Shown: piece by piece, positions 12,973 to 25,330 of the stretch
Layout of the letters: each line of letters starts with the position of its first letter
Position numbering within the stretch: the stretch's first letter is position 1
DNA from: Azolla caroliniana
Lineage: Eukaryota; Plantae; Polypodiophyta
NCBI GenBank assembly: GCA_043228905.1
Contig: JBHGNT010000012.1
Span: forward strand, 14,446,001 to 14,510,000
DNA length: 64,000 nucleotides
Reading direction: 5' to 3'
The notes under the pieces: model-generated
Told to the model about the DNA's origin: nothing
Database searches by the model: none
Seen by the model: only the letters and a program-made list of their open reading frames with translations
Position numbers and translations under genes: made by a program

Positions 12973-15900
12973 TTACTTGTTGTCTACATCATGAAGTCCT
13001 GGTGAAAAAGACACCCGAACTACACGCTCCTTAATACCTGCAATAAAGTTGTCTATTTCCGTTTCCTTCTTCTCATAAATGTAGAAGACTATGAACAATA
13101 GTGCAAACCCTGAAATAAGCAATAACGACATTAATATTTCTTAGACAAAAACAACACTAGTGTAATTTCCACAAGATTTTCTTTCTCACCTGTTAGCAGC
13201 ACGTTTGAGAAGGGATATCTACCAAGAATCCTCACCCCCAACACAACTAACATTATCTGTGAAAGGGGTAACGGTTCAGTCAGAATGATTTCTAATGATC
13301 AAATCAGAAACTGAGCTTAGTTCTCCAACTACCTTCACAAAAGCGAGTGAATCGCATTTTATCACGGCATCTTCAATGGAGTTCCAGATAAAATTCCAGA
13401 TGCTTCTCAAATTCTGTGCAGCCATGATCACAGTATCTAGGGATACCTCAAATGAAGGTGGAAAAAAGTCTCTTTTTCTGCCACCAAATCGGAAGCAAAA
13501 CATCTTAAGATTTCTCAAGTTCTCAAACAAAGTATAACTAGAAAGGTCAAACAATCAAGATAAAATATAGAAAGTGGTAGGAATCGGGCAATTTGGCTAG
13601 AGACAAAAAAGAAGATAATAAGCATTAAGACAAGTGCTCAGCAACTCGGCAATATGGAAACGTTAACAAAATACTTCTTATTTTCATGAAAATCCTAAAC
13701 TATCCTTCAGCTATCTCTGTTTGTCTCTCTAGAGCGGGAAAGTATAGAGTGATTCTTGCGAGATGATGATGCTATAATAAAGTCCATGGCTACCATAACC
13801 CATCAGTCGAGATTTTAGAAAGAGTCTACAAAATAATGTAGCATATTGGGATGACAAGTTTGGGAATTTCAAGCTATTTGGGATTCTAAAATCATTGAGG
13901 TGTTGTTCAGCATATCATGAAAAATGGGGTATTATGGTAAATTTTTGTATGATATATCTTACAGTGAAGCCGGCAGGTAGTTTTGGAAGAATAACCCAGC
14001 AATAAGCACCATACACAATTTTGATACTGCAGATAAGACTGTAACACTAGATATGAAGAGAAAATATATCAACATTGATATGCCAGTCCCAACTGCAAAC
14101 GTGTGCTTCTCATTTTTCCAGAGTAATAGATCAGCAACTGCAGGTAAAAAGCATTATCTAATTATACCATAATATCTTGAACTATTCGAAAATGAAAAAT
14201 ACTTGGCTTTCTTTGATACCTTTGCCACCTCCAAGAAATTTGTGAGCTTTTGAAGTACTATCTAATCCTCTACTATTGATCACATATGCTTCAGCTCGAA
14301 GATGGGAATATGATTCAATAGTTCGCTTCATTCCTTCCTAAATCAAGAAAAGAAAAAGGCAAAGCACCTGAGACAAGGAAACCCCACATGAGCATATCGA
14401 TGACTTTGATATAGCAAACCTCAAGGGAGATAATTGGACTGTATCCTAGGAGTTTAGTAGCCCTGTCAATGTTGAATGTCCGCCAAGAAGTCACTAATCT
14501 TAATCTTGAAGGGGTGAATTGTGGAGATGCATCAGAAACTGGAAGATGTAGATAAATCCACTCAACAAGGGAAGCCAAGGGCATCAATAATCCAACAGGG
14601 AGATGTATTTTTGGCCTGAAATCCAACTAATGAAATTCATCAATGTTTGTTGAGAACTTAACTATTGAACTTGCTCAATATATCACCATACCTCTCATAT
14701 CCAAGACCCTCTAAGATTTCTGAAACAAAATCCCAAAACCGTTTGGGCTCCTTGTTTGTGATAAAATAAGCCTGAAACAAGAAGTAGGATGGTGGCATTA
14801 TTCAACAAAGGGGGGAGATTGATTGCCATTATGTTATTTAATTCTTACTTTCCCAGCAGCAACATCATCTCCATAGCATTTGGCAGGATCTAGGGCTTGT
14901 TCAGCACAAACATGTGCGTGAGCTACATTCTCTACATAAGTGAAGTCGTACATGTTTTTTCCATCCCCCAGTATAAACTGCAATAATTATGCAAAGTGAG
15001 TTATTACACAATTGTCGACTTTATACATGTTTCATACTTGAGCAAAGAGATATGGTTTTGCAAGCTGTTGCTACTCAAAAAAGTCACTATTAGAAATATT
15101 TTTTTATCATGATGTTTCTGTCACCAACGGCAACTGGTCCCACAAGTTGCTGTGTCCATAACTTAACAACATCAAAGCCATTGTCACGCAGAATCAGAAA
15201 CACCTTTCTTGTACCTTTGCATATTGGATCATCCCATGATGGATATTTGTAGAGGGCAGCAATTCAGTCAAACGATCAAGCACCAAGCCTGATTTTTTAT
15301 TATTCATGAGTGATTACATTTAAAAAGCCAGTCACTCCCGTTTAACTTACCACTCTCATTTAATGATCAAGCACGAAAGCTGATTTTTTATTACTCATGA
15401 TTCTTTACTCTCTCATTTAGCCCGCACACTTTATTCATGTGAATAGAATACTAGGTACAAACTTACCACAGGATAATATATGGTCATGCCCGTAATAGTC
15501 GATGCCTTGATAAAAAATGCGGCAGTATCAAATGCATCTTTTGTGTAACAAAATGGCTGTATCCATATCCTTAACATTGACATAAAAAAGAAATGACACC
15601 ATGACACAAGGAGAAGGGAATAAAATTCTGATCTCACCTTCATTTTTCCCGATCTTGCTGCAGAGACAAGTGATGGGACTAACAACCTGTCCCCAGGTCC
15701 AAAGATACTGCTTGGACGGATAGCACATGTAACTAAACCTGACTTCCCATTAGCAGCGAGAACAAGTGCCTCTCCTTGTGCTTTTGTCTCAGAGTATGTA
15801 TCATTGTGCTGTGATTCAGAATGAGAATATATTAGTATTTTGAATCACATATACTAATTGCTTGAAAAATGTTGCAAAGAGAGACCTTATCAGGGTATGG

Positions 15901-17181
15901 CAGCGACTCATTCCCATTCCTTATTCCATGAACACCATCGAAAACAGTACTGGGTGAACTGGTGTAAATGAGCTTAGGAACATTATTATGAATGCATGCA
16001 TTAATAATATTACGTGTGCCTGTAGATATAATGCATTGTTAAAACATTGAACGGCCACTCATGATCAAGAACAAATCCCGATGTGTGATGTTATAAACAC
16101 TGTTAAAAAAGCAGCATCTGCACACTAAATTCTGAAAATCACTATGAAACAATGTTGCAAGTACCTGCCGTTTTAATTTATGATTAAGAATACCAAAAGT
16201 TGTCAATAATTGAGTTCAAAACAAAACTATGTTTAAACTGAGTAAAAGAAACAGTAATGCCAATCCAACCTTCAACAGTAACACTGTAGTGTAAATTAAA
16301 ACTGTTGATAGACGAATCTGGAGCTGCCATATGGAAAACAGCTGAAGCTCCTTTGCAAGCTATTATGGATAGACCATAAAAAAAACAAAATATCCCATGT
16401 TAGACAAAGTCACAAACTAAAAAATCAAATATCCCATACATAGTTCATTACCATCTCGGTTATAGTCTCTAGCATATTGAGCATTGATGTAAAGCAAACG
16501 AAAATTTGAGTTTTGGTGTCATATACAGATATTGAAAAAGGAACTTGGGATGATGAAGAGCACCAAAATGAGACTAGCACCATCCATTATAGTGTTGAGG
16601 AGTTGGATGCCATAGACAATCAGGAATCAGACCCCCCATATAACATGCAATGCTCTAAATGCAAGGAAAGTATTCTAAACGAGGCATAAAGCACCAATTT
16701 TACTCAACTTATGTCCCTATATTTCCTCCCTATAACAATGCCTAGAAACTGTCACAACACATCACTCAACCGATACTAACCCAAGATATTAGCAAGATTT
16801 TATAAAGATTTACAATAGTAATGTACGATTTAGATGTAATCAAGCACCCAAATCAAATGTAGCCATTTCCAATCAATAAACAATGTAGAGATGTAATGCG
16901 GCTTGCATGCATGGGTGTTTATTACAACATCAATAAGAAAGTCATGAAGGATTACCTGCAAGGACTTGAATGGGATCTCTAAGATCTGCACATATATATT
17001 GTGCTTTTCCAAAATTAAGGCATTGAGAGAGAAGGCTGTCCTCTTCAAGAGGATCTAAAGTGATGCTTGGAGATAGATCCATAATACGAACCACATTCCA
17101 TCGATCACTCTTCAGAAGCTCAAGAACGAGATGGCGAGCCGCAAATCCACGACCTCCAGTAACGACGCAGACCTTGACCAT
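12973..17181 (-). CDS. 3BETAHSD/D: 3beta-hydroxysteroid dehydrogenase/C4-decarboxylase with C-terminal reticulon domain (3BETAHSD/D, RTNLB19/20-like), ~559 aa, 12 exons
   Basis: Exons 17181-16956, 16359-16270, 16019-15886, 15808-15638, 14977-14849, 14771-14692, 14615-14420, 14337-14220, 14137-13963, 13489-13333, 13256-13190 and 13109-12973 sum to 1680 nt in frame. Motifs VTGGRGFAARHL, VFHMAAPDSSIN, IYTSSPS, catalytic YSETK, IRPSSIFGPGD, DFTYVENVAHAH, reticulon GGGKVADLLLWK. Introns are GT-AG except the exon-10 acceptor (CG). Confidence 0.92.
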
Positions 17182-17338
17182 ACTGAGAGACAATGTCCTT
17201 ACAATATATATCTTTGACTTCTTCTATATCCAGAGGCGTTTACACGGATCTCTGCTCTTTGATGCGTAAGCTGCAAAAGCTCATCCAGCCCACCTCTCGC
17301 TCTCAATCACTTTTACAATTTGTCTCACACTCACACAC

Positions 17339-19050
17339 ACATCTAAATGCCTTAAAACTATTTTGTACGGAGTAAGGTTTGTCAATCAACATGAATAAAA
17401 CTAAAGTGATGGTGTTTAACACCACCCAAGCATGGGTAACAAGATCAGAACCAGAATTCTTCTTGGGAGAGGAAAAGGTGGAATACACACGCTCCTACAC
17501 ATACCTAGGAGTAACATTTACAGGATCTAGGTTCTCCTTACAAGAGGCCGCTTGTGCCCGACTTTCTCGTGCATATGCAGCCCTTGGTGCTCTCAAGAGA
17601 CAATGTGCATATTTGCAGTTCCAAGAGCCACGGACTAAGCTATGGTTATTTGATACACTTGTCACACCAACTCTTCTTTATGGAGTAATGACATGGGGAC
17701 CGAGTCTTAACAAGGCAAATCATTGGAAAGATTTAGAGAGACCTTTAGTGTCAATGATTGCTCACATGATAAGGAGCAAAGCATCGGTGCCCCACGATAT
17801 AATCCGGGCTGAGATGGGAGCAGCACCAATAATAACTGAGGTGTTGTTCCGCTCAGTGACATTTATCCAACGTCTTTGGGAGCCCCCTAAACGAAGGTAC
17901 CCAAGGTTGGCACTTATGTCATCAAAACAACTGGCTGAAAATGGAGACACTCATTGTTGGTATGCTGAAATGCAGCAATGGTTCGAGTCACATGGCATGA
18001 ATATAAATGCACTACCCCCGTTCCAATATAGCTTGGACTGTCCCATCTAAATATGATCAAAGTGGAAAAGAATAGAGTGATCCGAACTTATATTATTAAC
18101 TTGGAAAACAAGATAACATAGATCAACCCCAAAATACCACTTGCTACAAAGATGGCCCACTATAAGACACACTTCTTGCATACATTGGAGGATGGATTTG
18201 TCATCCGGCCACCTTATATCTATCCTATGCGCTGCGTATTGTGATAGGGCAGCTGTGAACTTCATCACATCAGCTACAGATTGAGGTAGGCAGATATACA
18301 TGACTACCTCTAGAAGAGAGAATTTGCCAATTGTGTCATCAAGGAGTAGAATCTGAAGAACACTATGTTTGTCATTGTAGTGTCTTTTATGAAATCAGAG
18401 GGAGATACCATTGCCTCTTTAAACAAGGCTTTGGCCCACTAAGCAAGGTAATGGAATATAAGGACCAACAATGCCTAGGACTTTTCTTGCTAAAGCTCAA
18501 GAGACATCGGGAAAAGTTGTTGAAGAATACAGCCACACAAGCTCATCCACAAAGAACAATCACAACTTTCTTTAGCCCCATCACTCCTAATGCTAGAAGT
18601 CAACCTCGAGATACACAAATGGGCTTCAGACCAGGACATAACAAAGGGGTTACAATTGATCAGGCAATGGCAATTTGCCGTGCACGTAGGCCTCAGCCCC
18701 GTGGACCACGACCTCGACACCCTTGTCATCAACAAATAAAAGCCATTATCTCCCGCCATCATAGGTGCTTCCCTCGCTTCGGAGACATTTTCATTCTTGA
18801 TCGACCTATGATAGATATCTTTCGAAGACAAAAGCTACAATATACCTAACTTGAGAATCTCACATGTGCAAATAACCAAATTCCCTTGTTTCTTTTCTTT
18901 TCATCTGATTTACTTTTATATTTACTGTGTAATGTTTATTTTATTTTGATTTGTTCTCAAAGATGAGACAAAACTTGAGACGTAATCTCTTATTTGGTCT
19001 TATAGGCCATTTTGGTCTCTTAAAAGAGGTTAATATATCTTGCTTTCTTC
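17339..19050 (+). mobile_element. 5'-truncated RTEX-like LINE, same family as 1-3460 and inverted relative to it
   Basis: 17340-17675 is a near-identical reverse complement of 1-335. Contains RT thumb, CQLC...HYVCHC zinc finger, C-terminal extension and 3' stem-loop, followed by (CT)n. Stops/frameshifts near 18050-18300. Confidence 0.92.
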
Positions 19051-19058
19051 TCTCTCTC

Positions 19059-19089
<31 letters not shown>

Positions 19090-19135
19090 GTTTTTCAAGA
19101 AATCTATGTTAGTCATTAAACGAGATTGATTAATA

Positions 19136-19176
<41 letters not shown>

Positions 19177-19217
19177 TCAAGAAATCTATGTTAGTCATTA
19201 AACGAGATTGATTAATA

Positions 19218-19254
<37 letters not shown>

Positions 19255-19265
19255 TCAAGAAATCT
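19050..19265. repeat. (CT)n microsatellites within an ~80-bp tandem unit
   Basis: (CT)n-GTTTTTCAAGAAATCTATGTTAGTCATTAAACGAGATTGATTAATAGAAA occurs twice, plus a partial third copy. Confidence 0.9.
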
Positions 19266-19466
19266 TTGAGAGACAGTGTCCTTACTCTCTGATCGTCTAC
19301 ACGGAGTTCTGCTCGTCTACACGGAGCTCTGCTCGTAAGATGCGTAGTAGCCCCACCATATCTCGCTCTCAATCACTGTACAACTGTCTCTCTGTCTCTC
19401 TGTCTCTCTTTTTCAAGAAATAATTATTCGGAAGGCCACCATCATTTTCTTACATAAACTCTAAGA

Positions 19467-19695
19467 CAACATATTCCATGGTTACCAAGCCAAGCCTTTG
19501 CCATTTTATTAAATTGTGAGTTGAGACTTTCTTTTCCACCCCAATGTAATACATATATCCTTGAGGTTGCCAATACCTTTACTTGACACATCTTCTATGG
19601 TTACCAAGCCAAGCCTTGTCATTCAATTGGATTGTGAGTTCAGACTTTCTTTGCCACCTCAATGTAATATATCCTTGAGGTTACCAATACCTCTA
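19467..19695. repeat. Diverged tandem duplication (~115 bp, two copies)
   Basis: ATGGTTACCAAGCCAAGCCTT...TATCCTTGAGGTTRCCAATACC occurs twice. Confidence 0.75.
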
Positions 19696-19899
19696 CTGCC
19701 AAATAATTATTATATATTCTATACTCAAGGCACCTCGATCAGTTAAACCAATTCAAACATCGTTGCCAAGAAAGCAATAATTGTTGAACCATGGTAGATT
19801 CTAAACATTTTAATGCTCGAGCATTTTTAACAACATGCTAGCTACCACAAAGATGTAATTCTAATTTCCCCATGGTATATGCCCACTATCTCCATAAAA

Positions 19900-21290
19900 T
19901 GACAAATTATTCCTTCCCAAGGTTCAGTGCCTATTCACATACCTTTTAATAGGTTAAATCTTTGAGCCACCATATGATTTTCTAAATTTAGTGAGGTTGC
20001 TCCTCCTCCGCATTTTAGGGTACATGTATTGCTCCATGAAACTTAGACCATATTAAGTTTTGACTCTTTCTTTCACAATCTATATTTTAGTAAACGAGCC
20101 AAATGATCAAGTGATTTCTTTGTCGTCGTAATAATGACAAAAAATAAAAATTATCGGAATCATTAGTGCGTGTACCACTTTGAGATGAGTACCAAGCAAC
20201 AAAGTTTGAGACTTCTAATACGTAAACTTTCAAACTTTGGGATGGTGAAATATGAACACTAGTATGGTAACCTAAGTGTTGGCACACATTCCCTTTGTCT
20301 AATATTTGACTACACCATCCAAGTGCAACCAAATCACTCTTAGTGCATCTAATAAGCACTAACTTTTGCATGTCAATATGTAATTTTGATGTGAATGGAA
20401 ACAAACTCAACACCTCTGTGACTTTAGCTATATTATCATGTACAACTTTGAGAAACAAAAACGAATCATGTGTCAATGCTTGCATTATGTTTCCCCGATG
20501 GTAGAGCTAGAGCAACTATTTCCCCACACGTTGCCAACTCATTCATATTAACTAGGATTGGTTATGCAATATCGACAAATAAATAATGAACTCAATGGGC
20601 ATCGTTCTCTTAGTGACCTTGTCAACAATATCACCTTAATAACTCCACTAATTAACATAACATGTGATGTTGCACCTAACCTCAACATCAAAGAGAATTG
20701 AGACATCCTTTCACCAACACCCATATGAGACATAAGTTGGGTAATAAAACACCAACTTACATTATCATAAGCCTTCTCGATATCAATTTGCATCGTTACA
20801 ATTTGTTTTATGATTCCTTTGCACAAATTATTGTCATTTGCACATTCAAAATATTATGAAGGATGTCCCTTCCCATAACAAAACCATATTGCATAGGATT
20901 GACCATCAAGGTAACACCTTTTGAAGTCAATTTATTACTACTTTTGTCCCATTAATGATATCGATCACCATTGGGCAACAGACACAAGCATCTTATTAAA
21001 ACTTTCAATAAAATAAGTTCAACGATATTAACTTTCCATGAATCAAGCATCTTATTAGAACTTCACACTTATTGGAACAACATTATGAGAAGGCCTTTGA
21101 GTTGTTTCACAAAAACTTAAAAAATATCATTTGTAGTTCCATCCCAACCCAAACTTTTATACATTCGAAAGATGTGACAATACACACTCCACCTCTTCTT
21201 CCTTTATATCCTCTTCCAATTCAATCATGACATGTTATCCACCAATACCCTTGACTAATTGAAATAGCTTTAATCATATGACCATCTTCG
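19900..21290 (-). mobile_element. Highly degenerate L1-type LINE RT remnant
   Basis: ORF 20548-20826 QIDIEKAYDNVSWCFI...RSLRERCPLSSLF (RT motifs); other decayed RT pieces flank it. Confidence 0.7.
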
Positions 21291-21294
21291 CTTA

Positions 21295-22133
21295 GATGCC
21301 CCCCAGTTCGAGGTAGGTGACTTTGTTTGGCTTCTCTGTCACAATATTGCCACCACTCGTCCTTGTCAAAGCTTGATTACAAGAAGCTAGGCCCTTTCTG
21401 AATCATCAAGAAAATTGGTTCCATAGTTGTCCGCTTAGAGCTACCATCCCACTTTCGTATTCATAATGTACTCCATGTCTCCCTTCTTGAACCTCACCAT
21501 ATATCTGAAATCCCCAGTCAACACCCTTCACCTCCACCACCAATCCAGCTCTTGACAGGAGAAGAATATGAGGTCGACCAAATTCTTGTCTCTTCCATCA
21601 CCAACTTCAATACCTTGTCCTCTTGAAAGAGTACCCGATGTCCGAAGCAACATGGGAACCGGCACAACATCTCAAGCATACCCCGAACGTAGTTTGGGCA
21701 TTTCATGAACGATATCCATAGAAACCTACATCAGGTCCTGGGAGGTGCGCTTGAAGGGAGAATAATGTCATCAACAAGATGCCACATGGAATGTAGGGGG
21801 TTGAACCCATAACCTCCTGATCTTATTGGGCAACCTTACCAGTTGAACTACATCCATCGATGGATTATTATATTATATAAGATTCAACTTAATACATTGT
21901 AGATTAATCACTAGAACTTTCAAGAAACTTCTAGAGAATGCATATTCATGCACTCTCTACAAGTTTCCTAGCTTACATGCATACCTCCACATTCTTGTAT
22001 AAATACTCGAGTGCACCTTGATTACGATCAAGGTGAACAACACTACTATTCTCTCTCCCTCCCTCCCTTTCTTGTTCTCTTGCTTATGCTCTCTCTCTCT
22101 CTTAATATTTAGCCTCGTCTACCTGTCCGTGAC
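21295..22133 (+). mobile_element. Ty3/Gypsy chromovirus (Tcn1-like) 3' end: integrase C-terminus, chromodomain, PPT and 3' LTR (21766-22133)
   Basis: FEVGDFVWL, KLDYKKLGPF, IHNVLHVSLLEP, EEYEVDQIL...EATWEP...FHERYP. PPT GAAGGGAGAATAA. LTR TGTCA...CCGTGACA with TATAAATA near 21998. Confidence 0.88.
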
Positions 22134-24000
22134 AATTGCCGTATAGGCGCCATTTTACAACTTTTACTGGATGCGTATAACAGGATCTGGATCGATGTAT
22201 CTTACACTAAAGTAATATAAGTTAAGGATTTGTTTTGCCATTCCATTGTCTATCTGCTTGATTATCTATCTTTTATATTTGTCGTCCGTGTGATAACTAA
22301 TGATCTTACACGTGTAATTAAGTGCCAAATACGTTGTATGTATTCCAAAAGAAACCTGATAGTGTTAACTGAATGAGTGCAGAATCATCATCCATATCTC
22401 CGACCACCCCTTTGGATAGATGTTCCAGAAGGAGCACCTTGTGTTTGTGGCTAGTTCGGCCCAAGATAAACATGGAGAACCACTCTTTGTGGTCGTCATG
22501 TGATTGGAATCTCCAAAATCCACATACCACACCTCTTTCGACTTTGAGGCGGATACTCCCATCCGATTGGCCTTATGTCTTATTACAAGGGCCAATCCTG
22601 ATCCAACTCTCTCTGAGCCTTCCACGAAGTGCGATCGGTGATGTCTATCTGCGTCTCTCTAGCTCGATCTAGCTTTGTCTGAATCAACCCTTTTCTTCTA
22701 GCACTCGCTTTCTTTGTGGCCCTTCTGACCATAGTACCAACAGTCTATTGCAGCCTTCCCTTGCTGGCTCCCAGCGCTACCTTAACTCCCCATGCTTGTG
22801 GAGGGTCCGGTACCATTGTCGGTACCATCTCTGTGCCTCTGATTATGCTCTTGTCGAACACTTCCATTGCGTGTCAATCCGTCTCATTTGCCACGACCAT
22901 GGGGCCTCTCCGCTTCCGTATACAACATCTTGATGTCGGTGTGTACTCATTGATGCACCTCCATGGTTCTCCTCTACAAGGGGCATCCACTATAAGTCGA
23001 AAAACGAAGGTGTATTCTCCCTCGTGAAGTTGGCATTCAGAATGCCCCGAACTTCGACGCCAAGCCCCCGAGGCGGACCTGCACCATTTCATCCTCCTCA
23101 ACTATCACGTTGATGGAGGCAAGGGAGTCGCGGATCTCCTTGATCCAGGTTGTGTAGTCATCCATTGACATGTCTTTCTGCCAGACATTGCTTAACTACT
23201 ATCAAGTTGCAACTTCCGGCTCGTGGTGCTTGCGGTGAATACCCTTTTCATATTCATCCAAGCTTCCTTTGGCATCTTGGCATCCTAGATGTGGCTGAGT
23301 AGTTGATCACCGACACTGGACGTGAAGCAATACATTACCATGTAACTCCAGTATCCATGTCCAAGCAGGTACAACTGCATCTTGTACGACCAAGATGCGT
23401 AGTTGCTTCTGTTGAGCTTCTGCGTTGGAAGCGAGTTGGCCATTCCTCTGTCCATTCTTTCCGATCTATTTTTTACCGGGTGTTAGGTTTTATATGTAAG
23501 AGTCTCTTGTTAGTAATAGAGGATTCTCAACCCTCGTGCTTTGATACCATGTAAAAGTTAGCGTGTGAATAAGCGAACAAGTCCAACCAGCTTTGCCAAA
23601 TAGCAACTGAACATAGAACGAAGGTTTACTGGAAGCTTAAGAATACACAATATGTAGGAGAGAGAGAGAGAGAGAGAGAGTTGAACAGACAACGTTTATT
23701 TCAAAAACTAACTCAATACTTTGTACATACAAATGTCCTAGAGAACACTTTTTATACAAGTCCTTAAAGAAGGGACAAATGTACTAACAAGTACTTCAAT
23801 GCTCAGACTGAGCAACAGATGATAACTACCAAAAATATGCCTATGTACTAGGCTAGGATCGTAGGCCTCTAACGACCTACCAGTATCACATTGATCCGGA
23901 TTACCATCTGGCTCCTGGTTCCGGATGTCAATCCGGCTCTAGCTTACTTACTCAGTTGATTTAGATCATGTTGAGCTTGTCTGCTCAACAGTGCTTCCTT
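22134..24000 (-). mobile_element. Internally deleted Ty1/Copia remnant (LTR part, PBS, gag-protease, PPT, LTR part)
   Basis: PBS TGGTATCAAAGC (rc ~23518-23529) next to an LTR end ...TTTTACA at 23530. Decayed gag and protease WYVDFGDSNHMT join directly (~22470) to a purine tract AAGGGGTGG and an LTR-like sequence homologous to 58480-58730. Confidence 0.7.
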
Positions 24001-24029
24001 CACTTCACCTTGCTTGCTCCACGTCCTCT

Positions 24030-24620
24030 AGTCGCCTCTCGAGTTGTCGAATCCGTGCGGCCAATAGCTCTTCCTAGTTCATTTCGTCCATCTAGTCAAC
24101 CGCCATCAAGGAGGTGATGGTCCTTTCTACCAACATGATTGGCTTTTGTTCGAAATGAGCTCGGTTGATATGTGTCGTGTTACCGAACTATGCATAGTCT
24201 GGTCAACCCATAATGCATATGGCAAAAGTCACGACCAATTTCCGACCCATTCATTACAAGATTGTACAATTGCCTTCACAATCGATCCATGCCCTCGTTC
24301 GACCTTCCCATTCACTTCCAGATTGTACACCGTCGTGAGGGAGAGCATGACCCCTAGTCATTCGAACAACTCCATAGCTTTGTGCACGTCTGGCTCCCCT
24401 CGATCAGTCACAATCTTCCCGATGCATCCCTATCGGCAAATAATGTCCTCGATCAGGAAATTGCATACCTCCGTAGTCTTCTTGTTCGTCAGAGTCCGTC
24501 CTTCAACTTGGTTCATCAAATCCTCTCGCGCCAACACCAGGTACCTCATCTGGCCTACCCCAATGGGTATCGTCACTAAATAGACCATCCACTTGAAGTG
24601 AATTGTTGGTGGGTAGGTCG
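24030..24620 (-). mobile_element. Ty3/Gypsy integrase core fragment
   Basis: YLVLAREDLMNQVEGRTL...FLIEDIICR..CIGKIVTDRG, then NGKVERGH-like sequence. Confidence 0.75.
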
Positions 24621-25162
24621 GATACAACTTGTCATAATGTTTGACTCCGAAATGTACTTGGCAGGTTTCACATATCTTCTCCATTACGAGCACTCGGATA
24701 TGATAAAACCATACCTCAATATGTTTCGTCTTCACATGATAGATTGTATTCCAAATGAGGTGTATTGCACTCTGTGAGTGGCAATAGATGGTCGACACTA
24801 AATGGTCAATTCAGTATGTCACCCAAAAATCGGTCAACAATCAGTGCAGCTAGATTGCTTCCTTCGTTGATTCTGACGCATCAATGTACTCCGCCTCTAT
24901 GGTCAATAGGGTCGTGCACTCTTGAAATTTTAATTTGCATGATATGGCACCACCACTATAGGTGAATATATAGCCTGATATTGACTTCTAATTGTTTGGA
25001 TTGTTGCCATAGTCAGGTTGAGTATAGCCTTCGATCTCGGTCGGATTTGTTGATCTGAAAGTCAGTTGTACATCTTCGGTTCCTCCCAAATACTTGACGA
25101 TTTGCTTGACATCCTCCCAATGCTTCCGTCCTTGGTCAGACGTGTATCAGTTGACGACCCGT

Positions 25163-25299
25163 TGTCGGGGTAGTTGTGGTTCGTGCGGCGAAGTCGCGGG
25201 GACTAAGGTTAAGGGGAGTTGAAGGAACTTAACTTTTAATAAGGCTTGTATGGTGATGATAGAATGGTTAAGGATAGTAAGAAGAAGAGTTACAAGTAA

Positions 25300-25330
<31 letters not shown>

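Noticed and set aside
19050-19265. CRISPR-like repeat/spacer pattern
   Set aside because: The 'spacers' are (CT)n tracts in a simple tandem duplication; eukaryotic context with no cas genes.
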